Shown here: piece by piece, positions 13,410 through 27,152 of the stretch
Layout of the letters: every line of letters begins with the position of its first letter
How positions within the stretch are numbered: the stretch's first letter is position 1
Source: Octopus vulgaris
Taxonomy: Eukaryota
Direction of reading: 5' to 3'
Assembly: GCA_951406725.2 (NCBI GenBank)
Contig: OX597833.1
Coordinates: forward strand, 2,108,001-2,172,000
Length of the DNA stretch: 64,000 bases
Notes under the pieces: model-generated
Databases searched by the model: none
What the model was told of the DNA's origin: nothing
Seen by the model: the letters and a program-made list of their open reading frames with translations, nothing else
Made by a program: the position numbers and the translations under genes

Positions 13410-13700
13410 GCGTATGCATATGGCATCTTCTTGCTCTTTCACTTCCTGTAGAATCAGATCTCTCCTCATCATCACCCTGGCCTCTGACCACCATTCCATT
13501 TGTGCTACACCCAGTCCCTGCCTATGAGCCTTACTGTGTCCCATTGTTTCTCCGAAGGCAAGGTTTTTCTTTACTGCATCCACCGCCTCCTGGACTTTCT
13601 ACTTCCTGCCTATCTTCAGTTTCAGCCGGTTCGACCTCACAGGGACGTCGATCTTGTTAGGTTGGTATCTGTCTGAAGCCGAAGCGTTTATGCTGCTGTT
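13410..13700 (-). mobile_element. HERO-like non-LTR retrotransposon internal fragment
   Basis: AVDAVKKNLAFGETMGHSKAHRQGLGVAQMEWWSEARVMMRRDLILQEVKEQED resembles the HERO post-RT segment (..VG....GR.GLG.....WSKA...ERR.LV..EVR..EEE). Confidence 0.65.
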
Positions 13701-13712
13701 TCTACAGAAGTA

Positions 13713-13883
13713 GGCGCAGGAGTGGCTGTGTGGTAAGTAGCTTGTTTACCAACCACATGGTTCCGGGTTCAGTCCCACAGCGTGGCACCTTGGGCAAGTG
13801 TCTTCTACTATAACCTCGGGCCGACCAATGCCTTGTGAGTGGATTTGGTAGACGGAAACTGAAAGAAGCCCATCATATATATG

Positions 13884-13924
<41 letters not shown>

Positions 13925-14139
13925 CTGTGTTTGTCCCCCTAGCATTGCTTGACAACCGATGCAGGTGTGTTTATGTCCCCGTTACTTAGCAGTTCGGCAA
14001 AAGAGACCGATAGAATAAGTACTGGGCTTACAAAAAGAATAAGTCCCGGGGTCGAGTTGCTCGATTAAAAGTCGGTGCTCCAGCATGGCCGCAGTCAAAT
14101 GACTGAAACAAGTAAAAGAGTAAAAGAGATTAAAGAGTA
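13713..14139 (+). mobile_element. SINE family A, full length
   Basis: Head and tail as in other copies. Confidence 0.9.
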
Positions 14140-14608
14140 AGTGTACGTGTGTGTGTGTGTGTGTGCGTGTTTGTGCGTGTGTGTGTTGTACATCCCCACG
14201 CACATTATTAAGACACTCTTAACACCAGATATACACCTTAAGCCACTCAAATCCGTAGACGTCCACTAATAGCTAAGTAGGTGTTTCCGCAATAAGCGAG
14301 AGGAAATACCAGTAAGGGGCCATATTTTATACGCAAAGTTTACTGAACAGGACGACACACGACTCCCCGATTTCAACGGAAATGCGTTTGTGGAGACAAA
14401 ACCTAATTTTGTCGTTCTGTATTTATCTTACTTTCTTTAGTCATTGGATTCCGGCCAAGCTGGATCACCACTTTGAAGTTTTACAGATTTCTTTTTTCAA
14501 TAACGAAACTCTGTTCTTCATATGTGTTTTAACAGCGAAGAGTGCAGCCATGGCTGTGTGGTTAAGCGACTTGTTTCGGAAACGGTGTGAGCAAAACGTT
14601 TCATACTA

Positions 14609-14818
14609 CATTAATCCGTCACCGTATCGCGGTTCACTTAACGCGCACTCGGTACATCGCGGATTTTTCTAGCTAATATATGTATGTTTATATCGCGGAC
14701 TCCTCAGTGTATCGCGGACTTGTGTTGTCGATAGGTATTTATATATATATTTTTAGATTTTAATTATTTCTGTGGGAGGTTTTGGAATCTAACACCCGCG
14801 ATAGTCGAGGTGTTATTG
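14609..14818. mobile_element. Tigger-like MITE, inside a local duplication of 12241-12597
   Basis: Near-identical to 12367-12576 including both flanks. Confidence 0.65.
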
Positions 14819-15230
14819 TATAGTCAAGGACCAACCAATGAACAAATTAACCCCATTATCCAATATTTAATATTTCAAAGTGTGGTACTTGTTCTATCGG
14901 AATCTTTGGCGGAAATCTAAGCTATGGTGACGTAAGCAATCCAATAGCGGTTGCCATGTGGTGCTGGACAACTACAAAGACACAAATACACACACACACA
15001 CGCAACATATATGTACACATAAGCGCGCGCGCATTTATGGTGTACGTGTATATTTCAAACACACACACCTGTCTGTGTATGTGTGTGTGTGTTTGTACAC
15101 AGGTGAGCACATAAGTGCAAGACAAGGTGGAAAAAATAGTACTCGAATACCAAAGGTAGAGTAATATAATTTTTATGAAATTTTGCAGCTTTAATAAAAA
15201 GTATATATATATATACATATATACATACAT

Positions 15231-15272
<42 letters not shown>

Positions 15273-15542
15273 ATAAGAGTAAATAATTTCTATAAAGGTT
15301 TTTAAAAAACCACAATTATTTACTGGTAGAATTCGGTATGTAAATATAGCCGATTACCGGCAGGAACTTCTGTAAAGTTCAGTATATATATTGTATATAA
15401 GAAAAAGGGACAAGCAACAGGTTGCTTGACCGCATACCGAAAAAATAGAAATAGCAGTCAAGAATGCTTATTTCTATCAAAGTGGGACTCCGGGCACGAC
15501 AAACCCTGTAATTCACATGTAATAGCATATGTTTTGCATATG

Positions 15543-15586
<44 letters not shown>

Positions 15587-15828
15587 CATACACACACACA
15601 GAACATGTGTGTATGTATATATGTAAATATGTTTGTAAGTGTATATGAGTATAGATAATATGTATGTGAATATTTATGTATACGTATATATATATATTAA
15701 TGCATACATATACTGTACTTACAACGTATGTATATATATATATGCACATATATGTACATATACATACAACGTCTGTATATATATATATATATATATATAT
15801 GCACATACATGTACATATACATACAACG

Positions 15829-15865
<37 letters not shown>

Positions 15866-15905
15866 CATACATACATACATACATACATACAGAGAGAGTG
15901 ATAAG

Positions 15906-15985
<80 letters not shown>

Positions 15986-16332
15986 AAAACAGGCAGGCAG
16001 GCTGGCAGACGGACAGACAGATAGATTGACTGATCCCCTGCTCGAAAGATAGTGAGCAAAGCAGAGTCTAACATGTGAAATAACAACATCATGGAATGTC
16101 CAGATTGTAATTTTGAAAGAAATAACAAAAAGACGTTTTTTTCCTCATCACAAGTTGCTGTTGTTCTTGTTGCTGTCGATCTTAGTTTCAACGAACGTCG
16201 AAAGTGTAAATATACTCCGGATAGTAATTAGCAGATCTTAATTAATTAGAGGACTGTCTTGTAATAAAGACTGACACTGGTTATTGGAAAATTGTTGAAT
16301 CTAACGCACGAACAGGAAAGAAAAGTAGTAAA

Positions 16333-17059
16333 AGGCGCAGGAGTGGCTGTGTGGTAAGTAGCTTGCCTACAAACCACATGGTTCCGAGTTCAGTCCCACT
16401 GTGTGGCATCTTGGGCAAGTGTCTTCTGCTATAGCCTCGGGCCGACCAATGCCTTGTGAGTGGATTTGGTTGACGGAAACTGAAAGAAGCCTGTCGTATA
16501 TATGTATATAGGCGCAGAAGTGGCTGTGTGGTAAGTAGCTTGCCTACCAACCACGTGGTTCCGGGTTCAGTCCCACTGCGTGGCATTTGGGCAAGTGTCT
16601 TCTGCTATAGCCTCGGGCAGACCAATGCCTTGTGAGTGGATTTGGTAGACGGAAACTGAAAGAAGCCCGTCGTATATATGTATATAGGTGCAAGAGTGGC
16701 TGTGTGGTAAGTAGCTTGCCTACCAACCACATGGTTCCGGGTTCAGTCCCACTGCGTGGCAACTCGGGTGAGTGTCTTCTGCTATAGCCTCGGGCAGACC
16801 AAAGCCTTGTGAGTGGATTTGGTAGGCGGAAACTGAAAGAAGCCTGTCGTATATATGTATACGTATGCATTGCTTGACAACCAATGCTGGTGTGTTTACG
16901 TCCCCGTCACCTAGCGGTTCGGCAAAAGAGACCGATAGAATAAGTACTGGGCTTACAAAAAGAATAAGTCCCGGGGTCGAGTCGCACGACTAAAGGCGGT
17001 GCCCCAGCATGGCCGCAGTCAAATGACTGAAACAAGTAAAAGAGTAAAAGAGTAAAGAG
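16333..17059 (+). mobile_element. SINE family A with triplicated 5' half
   Basis: Heads start at 16333, 16511 and 16687 (about 177-bp period); only the third continues into the tail. Confidence 0.9.
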
Positions 17060-17564
17060 AGAGAGAGTGGGGGACCAAGAAGCGGATGTTTTATGTGGTC
17101 AGCGGACAATCTAGATGCAGCAGCGAAAGGTGTGGCCGTATCGTATGAAGTTTGCTTCCCGACCACATGGATCTGGGTTCAGTCCCGCTGTGTGGCATCT
17201 TGAGCAAGTGTCCTCTGCTGTAACAGTAGTTTCTAAACTTTTTTGGGGCTGCCGCCACCTTGACCCCAGGCCACATTCCTTGCGCCCCCACCTGAACAAA
17301 CCATCACAAATACAGACCTCTTTCTGAAGCAAATTCAAAGCAACTGTGTTTCACAAATAGAACTTCACCTTATGAACCCATTATTTTCTTGTTTATACAT
17401 CAATTGTGTCACCATTATCGCTGCACTTTTACATGAATCCCTCCATCATTATCGTCTTTCTTTCTTCAATGCACCGTAGGAATTTTCAACCGCTCTCCAT
17501 TTTCAGAACCTTGTGAGTGGATTCGGCTGACAGAAACTGAAAGAGGCTGTGACATGTGTGTGTG

Positions 17565-17627
<63 letters not shown>

Positions 17628-18140
17628 CGGAATGGTCATTTTGCCAGTTTAGCCAATAAAAACACACGCACTATGTATTTGGTGTTATTTTGCTTCAGTG
17701 TTATTTATTTTTTAACATTAATCTTAATCTTATTTCGGCCAGAGTTCTTTCGTCACTGGCAAAATGACCATTCCGAAATATAACAATATCTGTTTCAACA
17801 CACGACTTCACATAAAAATCTTGCACAACAAATATATAAACGTATATATATATATATACATACAAGTATGTTCAGGACTTAGTGCTTGCTTTTTCCATTA
17901 GTATGAGTATTACATTTATGTTTTACGTATTTATCGCTGAGGAGGGGAAAATTCTTATGAATGAACTCTGAAATTGGACCCAATATGGTAATAACGGAAT
18001 TTTTTAGAAATTTCTTTCGGCTTGTTTCGAGACGCATAAATTATAATGGTTATTGACAATTTTGTCTATTTTCGGCATATTTGGCATTAGAATTTTTCTT
18101 TTGCCCTTATTTTATAAGTAATATATATATACATATATGT

Positions 18141-18244
<104 letters not shown>

Positions 18245-18259
18245 TTGTATGTATATATA

Positions 18260-18690
18260 TGATTGGTCACTAGCTCCAAAAGTTTTTTTTTTGTTCTCTG
18301 TTTATTTCCTCGTGTTCCTTTCTGTACAAGAGCGTAGGCTCGAAACGTAAAAGACTTCCTCACCTTCCCGAGCGTTAAACAAATTCACCCATTTGTTGTT
18401 TATACACCTGTATTCATCTTTTGTTTTTCTATAAATATCAACTAAATATATATGTGTGTGTGTGCATAAATATATATATATATATATATATAACGGGAAA
18501 GTTTACGAAAATAAACAAAAGACGAAGGCAGGTGGAGTACAAACAAACAAATGTATTATTATAGCGTTCAGAAATAGAAATAGAAAATATCTTTTACGTT
18601 TCGAACCTACGCTCTTTGGTAGAAAGATACACAGAAAAAAAAACAAGGAGAGAAAAAAAATGCGTGTAGGAGCTAACGATCTATCATGGC
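18260..18690. mobile_element. Two oppositely oriented copies of the ~190-bp hammerhead-like element family H2
   Basis: GAGCGTAGGCTCGAAACGTAAAAGA at ~18330-18354 (+) and its reverse complement at ~18590-18628 (-); both sit in (TA)n. Confidence 0.75.
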
Positions 18691-18699
18691 GTGTGTGTG

Positions 18700-18760
<61 letters not shown>

Positions 18761-19419
18761 ATATATATATATGTATGTATGTATGTATATATATACATAC
18801 ATATATACATACATACATATATACATACATACATACATACATACATACATACATACATACACACGCAGATTAATGCTTCGATATAGGAGTTAATTTGTTG
18901 ATGTGTTCCCCGGAGACCGCTCGTAAAGAATAATATCGTAAAGCAGAACAATAATTTCCCATAGTAGCAATGTTATAAACCGGAACTCATTCCTAGAAAA
19001 GCAGTTTACCTATAAAATGTGAAATACTCGTAAATAAATGGCAATAAAATAATAGTAGAATGTAAAGAATATTTTATGTAAAGTAAGAAACGAGTATCAA
19101 GATCATTTATAGTAAAAAACTATTATTATCATAATCGTCTTCTGAATCACTTTCACTTGCATTAGTCTCGCACACACCATCACTTGTAGACGCGATCACC
19201 GATTCACAAGCACCCGTAGTCAGACTTGTAGATTTCACTTACAAAAACAAGTCTAGATTTGTATCCTTAGAAGTTCGTTTTCGATCTCTATAAATTACTT
19301 GGTAACATACTGAAGCATTTGTTACGATAATAGAAACTTCTGCACTCCGTTCAAAATTTGGATCTTGTGTTTGAAAGATAAAACTCGTAAACTCGGGATC
19401 TCGTAAAACAGGTCATCGG

Positions 19420-19610
19420 ACGCCACGATAGATCGCTAACCACTACACATTCTTTATTTTCTCTCCTTGTTTCTTTCTGTGTTCCTTTCTGTGTAAGAGC
19501 GTAGGCTCGAAAGTTTAAAGACTTTTTCACTTCCCGAGCGTTAAACTGATACATCTGTTTGTTGTCTACACTATAGGTCTTCGACTTTTTTTTTTGTGAA
19601 TTCTCCCTAT
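19420..19610 (+). mobile_element. Family H2 element, degenerate hammerhead-like motif
   Basis: GATAGATCGCTAACC..CTTTCTGTGTAAGAGCGTAGGCTCGAAAGTTTAAAGA, ending in (TA)n. Confidence 0.7.
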
Positions 19611-19639
19611 ATATATATATATATATATACATAGAATAT

Positions 19640-20053
19640 GGCGCAGGAGTGACTGTGTGGTAAGTAGCTTCCTTACCAACCACATGGTTCCGGGTTCAGT
19701 TCCACTGCATGGCAACTTGGGCGAGTGTCTTCTACCATAGCCTCGGACCGACCAAAGCCTTCTGAGTGGATTTGGTAGATGGAAACTGAAAGAAGCCCGT
19801 CGTATATATGTACATATATATATATGTATATGTGTGTGTATATGTTGTGTATCTGTGTTTGTCCCCCCAACATCGCTTGAAAACCGATGCTGGTGTGTTC
19901 ACGTCCCCGTCACTTAGCGGTTCGGCGAAAGCGACCAATAGATTAAGTACTAGCTTACAAAGAATAAGTCCTGGGTTCGATTTGCTTGACTAAAGGCAGT
20001 GCTCCAGCATGGCCACAGTCAAATGACTGAAACAAGTAAAAAGAATAAAAGAG
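19640..20053 (+). mobile_element. SINE family A, full length
   Basis: Head and tail as in other copies. Confidence 0.9.
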
Positions 20054-20101
20054 TGAATATATATATACATACATATATGGTGTAATTGATAATTATATAT
20101 A

Positions 20102-20148
<47 letters not shown>

Positions 20149-20161
20149 TATATATATATAA

Positions 20162-20229
20162 TCAAAATAAGCAACAAGGATATCCAGAGGTAATGCATTA
20201 CCTCTGGATATCCTTGTTGCTTATTTTGA
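20162..20229. repeat. Perfect 68-bp palindrome at the start of a (TA)n-embedded element
   Basis: TCAAAATAAGCAACAAGGATATCCAGAGGTAATG|CATTACCTCTGGATATCCTTGTTGCTTATTTTGA. Confidence 0.95.
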
Positions 20230-20432
20230 CTATAATCACACCATTTTGAATTATATGGATAATACCATACTAAATTCTGGTGCCTTTAACTTAAGTACCA
20301 TATCCATCTGAATCTAAATTTTACTGGACTTATATATATATATATATATATATACTTACAACATTTAATAAAATGATGTAGTACGAAACGATCGTACCAA
20401 ATTACCGCAGTCATTCTTGTAGCTTATTTTGA

Positions 20433-20467
<35 letters not shown>

Positions 20468-20510
20468 GAGTGGGAGATAGATAGATTATAGAGATAGCTA
20501 GCTAGCTAGC

Positions 20511-20594
<84 letters not shown>

Positions 20595-21010
20595 AAGAAA
20601 AGGGTAGGCGGATGGACAGACGGATAGACAGAGAGGCATTTAGACATTAACAGGAATTGAAGTAAAGGTTTTCATCATTAGACCGCTTCTTCCGAGCTAA
20701 ACTGAGTCTACACTAACAACCAGAAAATCTAAAAAATCTTGAATCAGTTTGGAATTTCAATCTAAAAACGAACCTTTATCGTGAATTCTAGAACATCAAC
20801 GCTGTTAGCCGGGGCAGGAAAATAAACAAACAACAAGGAGATAAATAAAGGTATACTAAAATTCTTGAAAAAATTTCAGAATGTGACCTTACACTGTTGG
20901 TCTTGTCTAAAACTAAATAATGTGGCTTTTGTTTATTATTTCAAAGATCAGCTTCGTCTTCTCTATAAAAGGAATGCGGAGCAGTACATGTATATATATA
21001 TACACACACA

Positions 21011-21078
<68 letters not shown>

Positions 21079-21361
21079 TACGCGCATATATACATACACA
21101 CACATATATATATATATGTGTGTATATGTATAAGTATACATGTACATACACATAGAGGTATAAGTATATAAATATACAGTAAAAATGTATGTATATACAT
21201 ATGTATATATATATTTCTATAAATATACACATATATATGTATACATATAGTTATATGAATGCAAACGAATATATGCATATATACATGCATATAAATATAT
21301 ATATACATGCGTATATATGTATATATATATGTATGTAACTATATATACATGAATACACACT

Positions 21362-21421
<60 letters not shown>

Positions 21422-21922
21422 TGTATATACACACACACATATGTATATATGTGTGTGTGCATGTTTGTATGCAAACAGAAAACGTGTGTTTTGTAATATC
21501 AAACTCTAAAACGAGGCCGTGTAGTGTAAGGAAGGAACGCTTTCCTCAGCGACAACACACTAACCGTTATCCAAATTTCAAAGACTGGCCCTTGTTCTTT
21601 ACTAAAAGAACGCTTCCTTATATTTGTGAAGAAATACCAAGATTACACACACACACACACACACATGCATGCACAAACACATACACACAGACACATTCAC
21701 ACACACAACACACAGACATACACATAAGCTTGTGCAGTTAAAAAGGAACAAAAAAACCTTGTTATCGATGGAATTTGGTCTGGGTTTACCAAATATGTGC
21801 TCACATGAAATCCTGCAAAAACATTTCGGACGTTGTTGTTATTTTTCAGGACCGGATTCTTAGAAGAGAGCAAAGTATGTTTCTATATCTTAAGGCCTTA
21901 AGTGGATATTAGAAAAAAATAC

Positions 21923-21969
<47 letters not shown>

Positions 21970-22068
21970 TAAGCACACACACATATATATATATACATAC
22001 GTACACACACACATACATACATGCATAATTACATATATTATATTAGTCCACATTTCATAGACAGACAT

Positions 22069-22101
<33 letters not shown>

Positions 22102-22259
22102 TAGATAGATAGTTAGATAGATAGAAAAAAAATGAGGATTTTTGAGGTATCATATGGGTTATATTTCATTTTTTAATGTTCTATGTAAGAAGGCCTTCAA
22201 ATACATTTATGTGGGTTTCCCTCACCCCCCGGTGTAATCTTTTTCGAAATACGCCCAAT

Positions 22260-22346
<87 letters not shown>

Positions 22347-22556
22347 CTAGGCAAACATACAGTTGTTTCTATCATACTGACTATTTCTCTTTCTTGTCGC
22401 TCACTAATCTTCTCTCTTTCTTGTGGTGAAGAACTAACCTCCGAAACGTTCAATTATTTTTTCCTCCATGAAGGCATTAGGCTAATGTCATATATTTTAA
22501 ACTGAGTTCATTTTGTGTTGTAATTTTATTGTTCTTTGTTTTTATATTCCTACACA

Positions 22557-22597
<41 letters not shown>

Positions 22598-22809
22598 ACA
22601 TATATACATAGAAGGCAAGAAACGCAGATGAGGGCAGCAACGTCAAACTCCGTCATCCGCCCAATGTCACACATCAGAAGAGTTTTAGTGAATGTATAGT
22701 AAAGTAAATGGCTGTGCTCTAGCATGGCCGCAGGCCTTGGACTGAAACTTAAGAAGTGAAAGAATACACATGCAACTATACGTACATAGAGATATCACGT
22801 CACTTTGTA

Positions 22810-23110
22810 TGTTCCAGGATCGTAAAGAGAGTGGAAGAAAAACATAGAATACACAATCTCCCAAAATTTGAAATAGGAAGAATTTGGATCGTGCGAGCAG
22901 TAAAGGTCGTGTCTATAATAATTGGTTTGTTGGGAACAGTAAGCCAAGATATAGACAATTGGCTGAAGGAGATTGAAATAGAACGTCTGGTAGAACTCCT
23001 AGAGAAAGTTTGTCTCTTAGGGACAGCAAGTATTATCAGGAGGGTCCTAAGTACTTGAAAGACTTCTGAAAACTCTTAGATACCTAAGGTTACAGGTAGT
23101 AATCCGCCAT
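22810..23110 (+). mobile_element. R4/Dong-type LINE 3' fragment
   Basis: KFEIGRIW..VKVVSIIIGLLGTV....WLKEI....LLEKVCLLGTASIIRRVLST* is the typical C-terminus of RLE LINEs. Confidence 0.8.
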
Positions 23111-23189
23111 CCAAATAATCCCTACAGGGGATATACTGAACTCTGAGGCAAACCAAAATACAAATAATAGTAAATTGGTGCACTTGAAA

Positions 23190-23422
23190 GTACCAGCACT
23201 CAGCTACCAAAATGGCTAAAAAAAACTGATGCAAGGGTGAAGGTAGAACACCTATAAAAATTATCGTTGCTTGGAACTGCAAGAATTCTTCGCAGGATTC
23301 TTGGAGCATGACCAGTAAACAAGTGTCACCTTAGTCTGCTGGCTGTGGACAGCTGACACATTCCCTCATACCCAGCAAAATAAGCTGTGAATTTTCATAT
23401 AATAAAAAATAACAACGACTAC

Positions 23423-23496
<74 letters not shown>

Positions 23497-23511
23497 CAAT
23501 AATAATAATAA
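23190..23511 (+). mobile_element. Second R4/Dong-type 3' fragment with (TAA)n tail
   Basis: ..LLGTARILRRILGA*, short UTR, then (TAA)n ~23423-23511. Confidence 0.7.
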
Positions 23512-23513
23512 TT

Positions 23514-23735
23514 TATTTATTTGCTGCCCACAAGGGGCTAAATACAGAGGCGACAAACAAGGACAGGCAAAGGGATAAAGTCGATTACATCGACCCCAGT
23601 GCCTAACTGGTACTTATTTTATCGACCCCCGAAAGGATGAAAGGCAAAGTCGACCTCGGCGGAATTTGAACTCAGAACGTAACGGCAGACGAAATACGGC
23701 TACGCATTTCGCCCGGCGTGCTAACGTTTCTGCCA
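23514..23735 (-). mobile_element. SINE family B monomer in (TAA)n
   Basis: Reverse complement of head plus one unit. Confidence 0.85.
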
Positions 23736-24183
23736 ATAATAATAATAATGATAATAATAAGCGTATGATTTGAAGAATCTTTGAAACTAATATTGCCTGG
23801 TCTTGTCTCCACGTACAGACATCCCCGTAGTATCTACGACGTTTATTAGGCGTCAGGGGAGAGACATTTTCTTATATTTGACGAAAACCGGTCTTTCTAA
23901 ACATATATTTCTAGGATATTTAGTTGCTTTATTGAACAGCCTCTCTTCCCAGTCTACACTCTTCGCAGGGTTTTCCTGCATATATTGACTTATATAGGCT
24001 CCAAGCATAAATATGATCTGTTTTTAGTCTTTCTTAGCAAAACACTTGGGATTTGTCCCAGTTTATTTGAATAAATTACTAAAGACATGTGGGAATGTTG
24101 TTGTAGGTGTATATGTGTGTGTATATGTAGGTGTATATGTGTGACAGACGGACAGTCAGGTAAATAGAGAAATAAATGGATAG

Positions 24184-24224
<41 letters not shown>

Positions 24225-24477
24225 GAAACATGAATATATACATACATACATGCATGCATACATATATACTTACATACATATACATACATGTATACATATA
24301 TATACATACATATATACATACGTGGATGAATGGATGGATTAATGGATGGATGGAGGGAGGGAGGGGTAGTTAGTTCGATAGATATATAAATAGGCAGATA
24401 GTGATATATATATCTTAATATACATGGACAGATGACTAAAGACTCGGTGCATTTTTACCTAAACTGTGTTTCGAAGG

Positions 24478-24496
24478 AATAATAATAATAATTATA

Positions 24497-24584
<88 letters not shown>

Positions 24585-24636
24585 TGATATGATAATAATA
24601 ATAATAATAATAATTATTATAATAATTATTATAATA

Positions 24637-24695
<59 letters not shown>
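24478..24695. repeat. (AAT)n switching to (ATT)n, self-complementary microsatellite
   Basis: The polarity switch is near 24615-24640; the ATT half is the tail of the minus-strand LINE. Confidence 0.9.
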
Positions 24696-24696
<1 letters not shown>

Positions 24697-26100
24697 TTTA
24701 TTATGTTTGACTTTTGTTTTGTATTTGTACAAGTTGGCTCCAAGTCTCACCCAGAGATCACAAGAGACAAGTTAGAAGTTCATGTTGGTGTTATGCCTAG
24801 GGTGTCATATATTTGGTTTTGTACATAGTATTATTTTAGAAAATGTTTAAGAAAACAAGAAAATTATGAGTTTGTTTTAAAATTTGAGATTATATAGACA
24901 GTATTTTACGTAGGATATGGGCAGATCCCATGAGCACTATCTTTGGAATTTCTGCTATTTTGGTGTTTCCTGATATCTGAGCTAGGTAGCAATCAGCCTC
25001 TTTTGCTATCATTCCCAGGACACCTATAACAACAGGTATTGTTTTAGTCTTCAGGTTCCACATTTTGCCAATTTCTATTTCGAGATCTTTATATTTGCTC
25101 AGTTTTTGGTAAGTCTTGACAGATACGTTTATATCGATTGGGACAGTCATATCAATGAGGAGGCATGACTTTTGTCTGAAGTCTTTCAATATGATGTCTG
25201 GCTATTTGCATCTATTTTTCTGTCAGTTTGAATGGTGAAGTTCCAGAGGAGTGAGATGTGATCATTTTCATGCACTAGCGGTGATTTGTGTTCCGACCAG
25301 TTTTTATCATGGGGCAGGTCCAGGGTTTTATAAATTACCCAGTGAATATATTGTGCTGCTCTATCATGCCTGTTGAGATACTCTGTTGGCGCTAGAAGAC
25401 TGCACTTGGAGACAACATGATCAATGGTTTCATTTTGTTGTCGACATACACGACATGTTGGGCTACTGCCGTTCTTTAATATGTTGGCCTGGTAGTTTCT
25501 TGTTGGTAGGCATTGATCTTGGGTGTGGAGGCGCAATGGCCCAGTGGTTAGAGCAGCGGACTCGCGGTCATAGGATCGCGGTTTCGATTCCCAGACCGGG
25601 CGTTGTGAGTGTTTATTGAGCGAAAACACCTAAAGCTCCACGAGGCTCCGGCAAGGGATTGTGGTGATCCCTGCTGTACTCTTTCACCACAACTTTCTCT
25701 CACTCTTACTTCCTGTTTCTGTTGTACCTGTATTTCAAAGGGCCGGCCTTGTCACTCTCTGTGTCACGCTGAATATCCACGAGAACTACGTTAAGGGTAC
25801 ACGTGTCTGTGGTGTGCTCAGCCACTTACACGCTAATTTCACGAGCAGGCTGTTCCGTTGATTCGGATCAACCGAAACCCTCGTCGTCGTAGCCGACGGA
25901 GTGCTTCCATGATCTTGGGTTGCTATGATAAACCCTTCTGTCTCTGATTTTAAGCCAGAAGACACTAACCATTGATTGGTAAGGGCTTTGTCAACATCGG
26001 CACTTTTAGCTCTTTTGGGGTATTTGCAATTAAGAGGTATTTCTTGCCATTTATGTGTAAGAATATCTAAGGCAGTAGTTTTAGCAGGTACATCAGTTGT
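24696..26100 (-). mobile_element. 5'-truncated R4/Dong-type LINE (zinc knuckle plus restriction-like endonuclease), frameshifted and interrupted by a SINE
   Basis: ETEGFIIATQD|QCLPTRNY..CRVCRQQNETIDHVVSKC (CCHC)..RHD..LLWNFTIQTD..CLLIDMTVP..KLSKYKDLEIEIGKMWNLKTKTIPVVIGVLG; ends in (TAA)n. Confidence 0.9.
25525..25909 (+). mobile_element. SINE family C (tRNA-Arg-like), full length, 11-bp TSD
   Basis: A-box TGGCCCAGTGG, B-box GGTTTCGATTCC; TSD TGATCTTGGGT at 25514-25524 and 25910-25920. Confidence 0.92.
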
Positions 26101-26458
26101 TCGAACATTGTGGAGCAGACATCGTCGACATCGACCGAGATCCATTTAAGTCACGCCATTATATCTACATGTATGCGTGTAATAGTGCTTCAGTGTGCGT
26201 GTATGTAAGTTAATAGCTTGAGGAACAGGTAGGAATAAATACATCAGTTTAGGAAAGTGAAAAATCGATTGTCACAAAAGCAAGGAGCCTCGTTGTGAAT
26301 TTATGTTCTTCTGAGAGATGTCTACGCTCAGATTACACGGGAGACGCATTCGGAACATATTGTTTATAGACATTATCACAGTTAACTGGATAAAGAATGG
26401 GATAGTGTGGGGAGGAGGTAAGAGATGAAGGGTGAAAGGACACAGTGTGAGGGAACTG

Positions 26459-26490
<32 letters not shown>

Positions 26491-27085
26491 CCGCGAGAGA
26501 GGAGTGATAGAGAGAATGTGATAGCTTGACAGAGAGATAGACAGACAGATAGTTACATAGGTAAATAGAGAGACAGACAGAGGGGTGAAAGAGATAGCGA
26601 GAGATTAAAAGATAGATATGCAGATAGATTGATAGATAGATAGACAGACAGATAGATAGATAGATAGAAAGATTGATAGATTGATAGATAGATACATAGA
26701 TACATACATACATACATACATACATACATACATACATACATACATACATACATACATACATACATACATGCTTACATACACGGAAAAACATACAACTGAA
26801 TTGATAGATAATCGTTGGTTTGACAGATGAATGGAGATATAAACATATTCGCAAGTTGATAGAATTGGCAACCTGTACACGCATGCGCAGGTGCGACAGT
26901 CAGAAAAAACACTGATTATTTTTCTCTCTTCACCCCCCCCCACACACGCACACACACACATACACATATATATATATTCATGTTTATATGCATATATATA
27001 TATATATATATATGTATCCATACCTATATATATATATTTATATATTTATATATACATACATATATATATATATATATGTATGTAC

Positions 27086-27152
<67 letters not shown>

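Noticed and set aside
17224-17505. hAT/Charlie-like insertion splitting a degenerate SINE A
   Set aside because: Only one plausible terminus (CAGTAGTTTCTAAACTTTTTT); no matching right TIR or 8-bp TSD found.
17930-18045. CTGAGGAG...TTTCGAGACGCA as a long-stem-II hammerhead
   Set aside because: GAAA and the cleavage site are degenerate and the stems cannot be drawn confidently.
18866-19415. Possible old Tigger-like element
   Set aside because: The termini are too degenerate to pair by eye.
25525-25600. tRNA-Arg gene
   Set aside because: The tRNA-like head continues into a SINE body flanked by a TSD; the acceptor stem is not intact.
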